Below are positions 30,236 to 40,635 of a DNA stretch of 64,000 nt, piece by piece. Origin of the DNA: Propionibacteriaceae bacterium UBA6122 (lineage in GTDB: Bacteria > Actinomycetota > Actinomycetes > Propionibacteriales > Propionibacteriaceae); assembly GCA_002428365.1 (NCBI GenBank), contig DIVW01000033.1, positions 3,714-67,713 on the forward strand, read 5' to 3'. Positions within the stretch are counted from its first letter, which is position 1; every line of letters starts with the position of its first letter. The position numbers were made by a program, and so were the translations under genes. A model generated the notes under the pieces. It saw only the letters and a list, made by a program, of their open reading frames with translations. It was not told the DNA's origin and made no database searches.

Positions 30236-30379
30236 TGAGGCCTGGGCGGGCGTGTGTATGACCGCCGGAGTGATTGCTCTGCCAAGTTGAGCTACGACGC
30301 CGAAGCGCCGACGGGACTCGAACCCGCAACACATCCATTTACAGTGGTAACCGACGACCCCCGGCCCACCCAGACCTCA
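30236..30379 (-). ncRNA. yrlA: YrlA-type Y RNA, unit C (complete permuted tRNA-like domain)
   Basis: 16-bp terminal stem; T arm GCGGG-TTCGAGT-CCCGT, acceptor stem closed by TTCG, then TA-GCTC-AACTTGGCA-GAGC D arm, i.e. the T-acceptor-D order of YrlA. Confidence 0.88.
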
Positions 30380-30392
30380 TGAAGTTGTGTGA

Positions 30393-30520
30393 GTCAGGCG
30401 GACGTGGAGTTTGGCCACCGGAAGCCTGGCGTTCTGGCGTTGAACTACCCACGAGTGGGCCGAGGACTTCAACCTCGGAGCTCCAGGTCCTGAGAACCGA
30501 CAACCGCCGGCCCGCCTGAC
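30393..30520 (-). ncRNA. Y-RNA-like gene, unit D (permuted tRNA-like domain, shortened acceptor stem)
   Basis: Terminal stem GTCAGGCGGGC/GTCCGCCTGAC; CGAGG-TTGAAGT-CCTCG T arm, CCCAC-TC-GTGGG, TA-GTTC-AACGCCA-GAAC D arm, CCTGG/CCAGG stem. Confidence 0.8.
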
Positions 30521-30526
30521 GAGAAC

Positions 30527-30558
30527 CAAGTGTGTAGGGGTCTACACACTTGAGTCAA
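30527..30558 (-). promoter_or_regulatory. Promoter of the Y RNA-rsr operon with overlapping 11-4-11 palindromic operator
   Basis: Minus strand TTGACT-N18-CACACT, 8 nt before unit D; CAAGTGTGTAG-N4-CTACACACTTG at 30527-30552. Confidence 0.7.
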
Positions 30559-30694
30559 ATCGGCACCGGTGGCGCTGGCTAAGCCCACCCCCGCTGCCTG
30601 AGCGAGCCACCCCGCCCCCGCTGGTTGAGCAGGTCGCGAAACGACCGTGTCGACAACACCCCGCCACCGAACCGAAGAAGTTGTCCACATTCTT

Positions 30695-30734
30695 TCGCAC
30701 ACACATTCGATTTGTCAGTGGCGACTGTCAGGAT
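30695..30734 (+). promoter_or_regulatory. SOS-box-like site plus RecA-NDp/PafBC-type promoter of the DUF222-HNH gene
   Basis: TCGCAC-ACAC-ATTCGA (consensus TCGAAC-N4-GTTCGA, 2 mismatches); TTGTCAGTG-N8-CAGGAT then 6 nt to ATG. Confidence 0.62.
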
Positions 30735-30740
30735 AGAACC

Positions 30741-32096
30741 ATGAACAACAGCCGCGAACTCCTCCCCGCCGGACAGGCGCTGGAGCAGATTCTCACGCTG
30801 TTGGATCGGGTCGATTCGCGCCGTACCGACCTGCCGCCCGAGCAACGATTGCTATGGCTGCGCACCGCACGGCTGGCCCAAAACCGCATCCAGGCATTGA
30901 CCGGCCTGCTCACCGCAGAGGCCGAATCAACCCAAGCCGCCGAACGGACGGTCGGCACCCCCATCACGTCTTGGATCGCCACCCAAGAGGTGTGCTCCCG
31001 CAAGCAGGCGATCCGCGACGTGTTCGCCGCGCGCAGCCTAGGCCAGCATCGGCTGGTCGGGCAGGCCGCGAGCGAGGGCACGATCAACACCAACCAGGCC
31101 ACCGCGATCGGCAAGGTGCTGAGCAGCATCGGTTCCCAGCTGGACGCCTCCCAGAAGGCCGAGGCGGAAAAGGAACTGGTCAGCCTGGCCAGCCACCTGG
31201 ACGCAGGCCAGCTCGCTCGTTCGGTCGGGCAGGTGCTGCGCAAGGTCGCGCCGACCGATGCCAATCAACTGTTGGAGGATCGGCTGCAGCGCCAAGCCGA
31301 GCAAGCCCAGCGCGAGCGGTTCCTGCGGTTCTTCCCGGCCGGTGGCTCGTTGCGTTTCGAGGGGTCGTTGCCGATGGTCGAAGGCGAGCGTTTCCAGGCG
31401 TTGATCGCGGCCCACCGGGAGAAGAACCGGCGCACCAGCATCGAGGCTGGCGAGTCGCTGGCCGAGCGACCCAACTACGACCAGCGCCAGGCGGACGCCC
31501 TCATCTCAGTGTGCGACAGTGCCGCCAAGGCGCGGCCCAAGCCGGGCCTGGGGTCTGCGCGGGTGCTGGTGAAGCTCGACTACCAGCAGTTGCGCGATCA
31601 GGCCGCCGGGGCTGGGCTGATTGGTGCGGACGAGCCGGTGTCGGCGGGCGACCTGCGGCGGCTGTGCTGCGACGCCGAGCTGATTCCTGCTGTGCTCGGT
31701 GGGGTTTCGGAGGTGCTGGACGTCGGCCGCGAGCGCCGCCTGGTGACCCCCGCCATCCGCGACGCACTCACCTTGCGGGACGGCGGGTGTGCCTTCCCCG
31801 GCTGCGACGTGCGTCCTGAATCTTGCGAAGCCCACCACATTCAGCCCTGGTGGGACGGCGGAGTGACCGCCCTGCGGAACGTGGTGTCGTTGTGCCACCA
31901 CCACCACGGTGTAATCGAGCCCGATCGGGAGTTCCGCCGCGACCAGTGGAGCGTACACATCGGCGAGAACGGTGCCTCAGTGTTCACTCCCCCGGTGCGA
32001 TTGCAGCGCTTCGGGGAGCGAAGTCGACTGCCGGATGATCCGGTGGCGAGGGGTTCGGAGGGGGTCGAAAGAGAGATTGAGTTGGCCCTGCTGTGA
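30741..32096 (+). CDS. DUF222 + HNH endonuclease (13E12/REP13E12-like)
   Basis: QRQADAL, LRRLCCDA, LDVGRERR and RDGGCAFPGC...CEAHHIQPWWDGG...LCHHHH. Confidence 0.9.
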   Translation: MNNSRELLPAGQALEQILTLLDRVDSRRTDLPPEQRLLWLRTARLAQNRIQALTGLLTAEAESTQAAERTVGTPITSWIATQEVCSRKQAIRDVFAARSLGQHRLVGQAASEGTINTNQATAIGKVLSSIGSQLDASQKAEAEKELVSLASHLDAGQLARSVGQVLRKVAPTDANQLLEDRLQRQAEQAQRERFLRFFPAGGSLRFEGSLPMVEGERFQALIAAHREKNRRTSIEAGESLAERPNYDQRQADALISVCDSAAKARPKPGLGSARVLVKLDYQQLRDQAAGAGLIGADEPVSAGDLRRLCCDAELIPAVLGGVSEVLDVGRERRLVTPAIRDALTLRDGGCAFPGCDVRPESCEAHHIQPWWDGGVTALRNVVSLCHHHHGVIEPDREFRRDQWSVHIGENGASVFTPPVRLQRFGERSRLPDDPVARGSEGVEREIELALL

Positions 32097-32181
32097 CCGG
32101 ATGCGGAAGACGATTGGGCTCGATGGCGCATTGCCGCGGGTGCAAGCCTTGCCGCGCTTGGGTGAGCGTTAGGGTCGAGGT

Positions 32182-32589
32182 ATGAGCCAGGCGTTCAGCG
32201 AGGAGGCAACTCACCCGACACCAGAGCGCATTGCGGCTGCCCTGGGTGACGCTGCCTCGGTGTGGGCGACGACGGTTGCCGCGATCGAAGAGGTTGGCTC
32301 AACGGTTGAGTGGCGGTACTACCGCGATGGCGGCTGGCTCGCGAAGGCGACCAAGCGCAGCCAAACCATCGCCTGGCTACGCGTTGAACCCGGACACCTC
32401 CGCGTCACCTTCTACTTCGCCGCCAGGTTCCGTGAACTGCTCCTGGATGAAGTAGGGATTAATGCCACCCTCCGCGAGCAAGTCGATGCTGCCACTGGCC
32501 GGACCATCGCGCTCAGTCTGGAGCTGGGTGCCACGTCTGCGCCCGAACAGCTGCTTGCGCTCATTGCCCTCAGACTCGGCGCCAAGTAG
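32182..32589 (+). CDS. DUF3788-like protein
   Basis: EWRYYRDGGWLAK...KRSQTIAWL...VTFYF pattern; leaderless TAGGGT-N6-ATG. Confidence 0.65.
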   Translation: MSQAFSEEATHPTPERIAAALGDAASVWATTVAAIEEVGSTVEWRYYRDGGWLAKATKRSQTIAWLRVEPGHLRVTFYFAARFRELLLDEVGINATLREQVDAATGRTIALSLELGATSAPEQLLALIALRLGAK

Positions 32590-32680
32590 CCACGACCGCG
32601 ATTCGCGACCCACTGACTCTGCGCCGACGGCGGCGGGCATCCCGTCGGGCTGGACATTCCGGGCGGAAGCGGCGACGTGC

Positions 32681-33805
32681 TCAGTCTTTTGGCGTGTGGG
32701 TAGCTCCGAACAAGGTCGTCGCGTCAGCCGCGAAGGCGGCGAGTATCTGCTGCGAGGCTTCCAGGGCGGACAGTTCCCCTGATTCCACTTCGGCTTCCAG
32801 ACGGGCGCGGATCGCCTTGACTGCTGCGGAGTTGCGCAGCGCGTCCTCAAGCTCGCCGGCCACCAGGGCCCACAGCCATTCGCGTTGCTGGCGGGCCCGG
32901 CGCGCTTCCAACTCACCGGCTTCCTCCAGGCGGGCGCGGTGGTCGAGAATCGCGGCCCATACCTCGTCCAGCCCCTTACCGGTCAACGAACTCGACGTCA
33001 GCACTGCTGGCGGCACCGCATGCGGATCGGAGGTGAGCAGCTTGATCGCAATGCTGAGTTCGCGAGCCGCCACCCGAGCTTCGGCCTCATGATCGCCGTC
33101 AGCCTTGTTGACGGTGATCACATCGGCCATCTCCAAGATGCCGCGCTTGATGCCCTGCAATTGATCCCCGGCCCTGGCCAGGGTGATCAACAAAAAGGTG
33201 TCGACCATGCCAGCCACGGCTACCTCAGATTGGCCCACGCCAACGGTCTCCACCAGGATCACGTCGTAGCCGGCGGCTTCCAGCACCAACATCGATTCCC
33301 GGGTCGCCCGAGCCACGCCGCCCAAATGCGACCCGGCCGGGGAGGGCCGAATGAAGGCCTGCTCAGATTGGGCCAACTCCCCCATCCGCGTGCGATCGCC
33401 CAAAATCGAGCCGCCCGTCTTGGCCGAGGTCGGGTCAACGGCCAACACCGCAATCTTGTGGCCAGCCGCGATCAATCGGCGACCGAGCGCGTCAATGAAG
33501 GTGGATTTCCCCGAACCCGGGGTGCCGGAGATGCCCACCCGAATCGCCTTGCCGGTGTTGGGACGCAAGATCCGCAACAACTCGGTGGCCACCGAATGAT
33601 GGGCTGGCTTGTTGGATTCAGCCAGGGTGATCGCCCGAGCAATACCGCCACGGCTGCCGGCCAGCACCTGCTCGGCCAGGTGAGCCGGGTCCAGTTTGGG
33701 CCGGCGCACCACGTCCGGATCGCGGCGGGGCGGGACGGCCTCACCGTACTGCGGACCGACATTGAAGTCGGATTCCAGCCAGATCGGTGGCTTGTCCTCG
33801 CCCAC
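32681..33805 (-). CDS. meaB: Methylmalonyl-CoA mutase-associated GTPase
   Basis: ARAITLAES, GTPGSGKST, AVDPTS, ETVGVGQSE and NKAD; start position uncertain. Confidence 0.93.
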   Translation of the reverse strand: MGEDKPPIWLESDFNVGPQYGEAVPPRRDPDVVRRPKLDPAHLAEQVLAGSRGGIARAITLAESNKPAHHSVATELLRILRPNTGKAIRVGISGTPGSGKSTFIDALGRRLIAAGHKIAVLAVDPTSAKTGGSILGDRTRMGELAQSEQAFIRPSPAGSHLGGVARATRESMLVLEAAGYDVILVETVGVGQSEVAVAGMVDTFLLITLARAGDQLQGIKRGILEMADVITVNKADGDHEAEARVAARELSIAIKLLTSDPHAVPPAVLTSSSLTGKGLDEVWAAILDHRARLEEAGELEARRARQQREWLWALVAGELEDALRNSAAVKAIRARLEAEVESGELSALEASQQILAAFAADATTLFGATHTPKD

Positions 33806-33822
33806 GCTCGCGAACCTATCGA

Positions 33823-36035
<2,213 letters not shown>

Positions 36036-36039
<4 letters not shown>

Positions 36040-37880
36040 TTCGCCACTCCGATCCGGTCCAGGGTCGCGTTGAGGAAGGCGACCACGTCCATACCGTCGA
36101 ATACTTCGCCGTCGATGACAGCATCGACGTCTTCGGCACCGGTCTCGGTCTTGCGCCCGGCCAGGTAGACCGTTTCCACCCCGGCCTGCTTCAAAGCGGT
36201 GGCCACCTCGATAGCTTGAGTGGCATACACCCCAGCCGATGAACACAGCACGACGACCTTGGCCCCGGCTGCCTTGGCGGCAATCTCAGCGGCGCTCCCG
36301 CCTTCGCTGGACGGCGTAGCGATACCGGCCACCCCGAACAACGCCTTGGTGAACATCTCCCGGCCACCGAAATCGCGCCGTGCTCCCAGACAAGCCAGGA
36401 ACACCTCCGGAGTGCCTGCGGCCGCCGCGGAGCGGTCCCGCAATGCCTCGAAGACCGCCGAATCGCGCAGCGGCACCAACCCCGACCTTTCCGGGGCGCC
36501 CGGACGCGGACGCACCACGCGCGGCTCTTCGTCGGGCTTGGGGAACATGCTCACCCCGGTCAGGGGCTGGGCCCGAGTAGCCAGACGCTTGACTCGGGCG
36601 GCATTGGTGGTGCCGATCCGCTCAGCAATCTGGCCCGAGGTGAGCGCGGTGATCATGCCACCGGCCGCCTCGATCTCACCGAAGGCCGCCCAGGCCTTGC
36701 TTGCCAACTGATCGGTCAGGTTCTCCACGTACCAGGAGCCACCAGCCGGATCGTTGACCCGGCCAACGTTTGACTCTTCGCCAGCCAACAGCTGGATATT
36801 GCGGGCCATGCGGCGGCTGAAATCGTCCGGCAGCCCAAGGGCGGTGTCGAACGGCAAAGTGGTAATGGAATCCGCGCCGCCGACAGCGGCAGCGAAGGTC
36901 GCGATCGTGGTGCGCAGCAGATTCACCCACGGGTCGTCCCGGGTGATCATCCGCCAACTGGTTACGGCCTGCTGTAGCGCGCCCCGCTGAGCCGCGGGCA
37001 CCCCACTGACCTCGCCCACCCGAGCCCAGGCCCGGCGCAGCGCCCGCAAGCGGGCTATCGAGGTGAACTGGTCGGTGTTCACGGCTACCCGGAAGGTGAT
37101 CTGGCCAAAGGCCTGCGCCGGTGAGATTCCGGCGGCCTCCAAATCGCGCAGGTAGGCCACCCCAGTGGCCAGGGCAAATGCCAACTGGTCAATGTCGCCA
37201 GCACCGGCGTCGTCATAGGGCGTCACGTCGACGGTTAGCGCGCGCACCCCGGGCAGATCGGCGATCGCGGCCGCGACCCAGGCGGCCTGCGGGCTCAGAT
37301 CGGGGGCAGCCCCGGTGCGGGCCGCCAAAGCCAGCGCGTCCAGGCCCAGATTGCCTTGCACCTTGGCGGTATCGAAGCCTTTGAAGAACTCGGCCAGCCC
37401 GGCCGCTGCCGACACCTGGTCTTCGACGCTGCTGACGCTGATGCCAGCCACGGTGGGATCGACACCGGCCAACACCGCAGCCAAATCTGCGACCGCGATG
37501 GCGTCACTGCCAGTACGCAGCCACACCGAGGTGGCCCCACGCGCCAGATCGGCGAGCACCTCGCGATTGGTGAAACTACGGTCTGGGTCCTCATGCAACT
37601 GCTGCACGTCCCAGGCCGAGAGGGCACCGGTCTTGATTGAGGTTCCCCTGGTGAACGGGTTCACCCCGGGATGACCCAATGGGCCTTCAGCTTCGGTATA
37701 CAAGGGTTCGATCTCCAAGCCGTCCACCGTGGTGGAGCGGAGCCTGGCCATCGCCTGGTCAATAGTGAGTTCCTTGCCAACGGGCCGCCGCCGGTTGAGG
37801 ACCTTCAGGACCTCAATCTCCCAGTCTGCGGTGGTGGGAGCAGCGAAATCACCGGCAAGGAGCAGCGGCGTCTCGGTCAT
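36036..37880 (-). CDS. mutA: Methylmalonyl-CoA mutase small subunit
   Basis: [25 protein letters not shown] and VLCSS; ATGA overlap with mutB. Confidence 0.93.
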
Positions 37881-37939
37881 AACCTCACCATAGCCCGGCC
37901 CACCCGATCCCAATTCCAGGTGCAACCAAACGAAACGGG

Positions 37940-39154
37940 TTAGATCACCTGTCGGACAAGTGCCTCTGCCGAACCCACCATTAGCGCGGTCTCCCGCTCC
38001 CAATCCGGCTCCTGGCTACGGAAGGGTCCAGTGGCCAAGGAGATGATCACCGCCGCAGCCCGCAGCCGCAGTTCGGTCGGATCGACCCGCTCGTCGAATA
38101 CCGGCACCCACTTGCGGATCAGCTGGTGCACCCTGGCCTCCTGGGCGACGTTCATCCGCTGAATGGTCGACAGGTGGGCAATCAGGCAGGCCAGATCGTC
38201 GGCTCGACGACCCGGGCCAAGAGTGTCGGTGTCGAGCAGCCCACAGATTCGACCATCGGCCACATGCACCTGGCCCTCGTGGAAATCGCCATGGGTCGGT
38301 TCGTTGCCCTGCGGAATCGAATACAGCCCACCGTCGATCTGCTCGATCAGCCATTCCAACCGCGGTTCCAGGGAAGGCACCGCCTGGGCCACCATCCGGG
38401 AGTAGTGCCCCAACGCGTCCGACCACGGCGGACGGCGCGGCAACTCGTTGACCCTGGCCGGCATCGAATCCAGCAGACTGATCAGCGCCTCGGCCGAGCA
38501 CGGATCGGCGACATCGAAGACGGCCTTGGCCAGCGATTGCCCGGGCAACTCCCGCAGGATCAGCATGTGGTCATCGGTGGTGGCCAGGATCGGCGCCACC
38601 GGTACGCCAGCATTGGCCAGCACCAGATGACGGGTGATCACGTCGTCGAACAGCCGCCCCCGCAGCACCTTCGCATAGGCCACCTCGGTGCCACAACTGA
38701 CCTTCAGCACCGCCCGCCGCCGAGGCCGGTAGCCGATCATTTCCAGGCTGAGCTGATCTGGGGTGACCGGAACGGCGAACACCTTGTTGGCGTTGCAGAC
38801 CTCCGCCATCGACTCGGCAAACGCGGCTCGGGCCAAGCCGGGCAGGTCCGGATCGTTGGGATAGATCCAGACCGCAACCTCACGCTGCCCGTCGGCAAAG
38901 ATCTCAGCCGAGGTGTCGGTGTCAATCGGCCCGGACGCCCGCGCGCTGACCCCCAGCAGTTCCTCGCGACGCCCATAGGGCCAGTCGATGATGGCGGAGT
39001 AGGTGGCGGTGGTCGACTGGGCGGGGTTGGCATCGATGTGATCCAGCGTCCAGGTAACCAGCGTGCCGCCAGCATGCTGCACCGCAGCGGTCAGCAGCGC
39101 GCCCACATCAGGAGAGGTGAGCAGCGCCGAACCGTCGGGGTCGGATTTAGGCAC
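37940..39154 (-). CDS. Aminoglycoside-phosphotransferase-like kinase
   Basis: DPDLPGL, YRPRRRAV, THGDFHEGQ and LLDTD. Confidence 0.75.
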   Translation of the reverse strand: MPKSDPDGSALLTSPDVGALLTAAVQHAGGTLVTWTLDHIDANPAQSTTATYSAIIDWPYGRREELLGVSARASGPIDTDTSAEIFADGQREVAVWIYPNDPDLPGLARAAFAESMAEVCNANKVFAVPVTPDQLSLEMIGYRPRRRAVLKVSCGTEVAYAKVLRGRLFDDVITRHLVLANAGVPVAPILATTDDHMLILRELPGQSLAKAVFDVADPCSAEALISLLDSMPARVNELPRRPPWSDALGHYSRMVAQAVPSLEPRLEWLIEQIDGGLYSIPQGNEPTHGDFHEGQVHVADGRICGLLDTDTLGPGRRADDLACLIAHLSTIQRMNVAQEARVHQLIRKWVPVFDERVDPTELRLRAAAVIISLATGPFRSQEPDWERETALMVGSAEALVRQVI

Positions 39155-39185
39155 GTCTTACTCCTGTCGGGACTGTGGCAGCAGA

Positions 39186-40502
39186 TTACTGGGCTGGAGC
39201 ATCAGATCCGAGTTTGGTAAGTCGTAGCCGAGCAGCCCGCCGTCCGTCCAACTCGGTAACCCGCAGTTCCAGATGGGCCGCGGGTTGTTGCTCGTCGGTC
39301 GATTCGAGGGTGACCGTACAGGTGTCACCAAGAGTCGGCAACGAGCCAAGCTGGGCCATTACGAACCCGGCCAACGTGTCATAGGGCCCCTCGGGAAGCA
39401 CATAGCCGTAGTCAGAGGCGAAATCTTCCAGGGTGACCAGGCCGTCGATGTCGGCCTGGTCACCGCCGGCGGGCTCTTCGTCGTCAAACTCATCGGTAAT
39501 ATCGCCGATGAGTTCCTCGACCAGATCTTCGATGGTGACGATGCCGGCAGTGCCGCCGTATTCATCGGAGACGATGGCCAGATGCTGACCGGACTGGCGC
39601 ATCTGGGTGAGCGCGCGCAAGATCCGCATCGACTGCGGCAGCGACAGCACCGGGCGAACCAGCTTGCTCACCAGCTCGGATCCGCCCTCAAGGTTGAGCG
39701 CGGCCAAGTCGCGAATGTGGACGAAGCCGAGCAAGTCATCTGCGTCCTCACCCACCACCGGATAGCGACTGTGGCTGCCCCCGCGCACCTGCCGGAACGC
39801 CTCAACAGCGGTGAGCTCGCCGTCGAGGAAGTCGACCTCGGTGCGCGGCACCATGGTCTCGCGCAGGCTAACCTCACCGGCGGCGAAGACCTCATCAACG
39901 ATCCGGCGCTCTTCATCGCCCAGAGTCATCGAGGAGCCCACCATCGCCCGCAGTTCAGCATCGGACACCTCTTCGCGGGAGGCATTCGGGTCACCGCCGA
40001 GCAGTCGCACCACCACGTTGGTCGATTTGCCCAGGAACCAGATGACCGGCGTAGCCAGCCAGGCGATGAAGCTCACCAGCGGCGCCAGGGCCAGGGCGAA
40101 AGTCTCGGCCCGCTGCATCGCCAGGCGCTTGGCAGCCAGCTCGCCAATGACGATCGAGAAATAGGAGATCACCGCGGTGACGGCAACCAGGCTCAGCCCG
40201 GTGGCCCAATCCGGCGGCACTCCCCAGCCGATCATCGCCGCGGCCAATGGCTCGGCCAGGGTCGCGCCGCCGTAGGCCGCGGACAGGAAACCGGCCAGCG
40301 TGACCCCGATCTGCACCGCGGAAAGGAACCGGTTGGGTGAGGCGCTCAGTTCGGCGACCAGCTGGCCGCGGCGGCCCCGTCCGGACAGTTGCTTGACCTG
40401 GGAATCGCGCAATGAGACCAGCGCCATCTCGGCCGCGGCGAAGACGCCGCCAATGATCACGAACAGCGCAATCAGTGCGGCATCGCGCACCGTCGGGTTC
40501 AT
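39186..40502 (-). CDS. Hemolysin-family CNNM/CBS/CorC protein
   Basis: FAAAEMALVSLR, VQIGVT, MVPRTEV, HSRYPV and DEYGGTAGIVTIEDLVEE. Confidence 0.92.
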   Translation of the reverse strand: MNPTVRDAALIALFVIIGGVFAAAEMALVSLRDSQVKQLSGRGRRGQLVAELSASPNRFLSAVQIGVTLAGFLSAAYGGATLAEPLAAAMIGWGVPPDWATGLSLVAVTAVISYFSIVIGELAAKRLAMQRAETFALALAPLVSFIAWLATPVIWFLGKSTNVVVRLLGGDPNASREEVSDAELRAMVGSSMTLGDEERRIVDEVFAAGEVSLRETMVPRTEVDFLDGELTAVEAFRQVRGGSHSRYPVVGEDADDLLGFVHIRDLAALNLEGGSELVSKLVRPVLSLPQSMRILRALTQMRQSGQHLAIVSDEYGGTAGIVTIEDLVEELIGDITDEFDDEEPAGGDQADIDGLVTLEDFASDYGYVLPEGPYDTLAGFVMAQLGSLPTLGDTCTVTLESTDEQQPAAHLELRVTELDGRRAARLRLTKLGSDAPAQ

Positions 40503-40635
40503 CTGTGGTCAGTCCGTTCCGTCAACGCCCCACAGGCAAACGCCGAACTGGTGCTCGGCAGCGGGGCAAGTAGGTCTCGAATCCTACCGTCGGCGCGGCG
40601 AACCGAGGCCCAGCCGGCTGGCTAACATGTACGCC

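Noticed and set aside
30160..30350. Canonical tRNA genes suggested by the GTTCGAATCCC and GTTCGAGTCCC T-loops
   Set aside because: Arm order is permuted (T before D), the acceptor stems are closed by loops and there is no CCA end; better explained as Y RNAs.
30011..30520. CRISPR array
   Set aside because: The shared motifs are short and split, the unit interiors are structured, and no cas genes are present.
29881..30702. Short ORFs across the Y RNA array
   Set aside because: No recognisable motifs or RBS; the region is explained by RNA structure.
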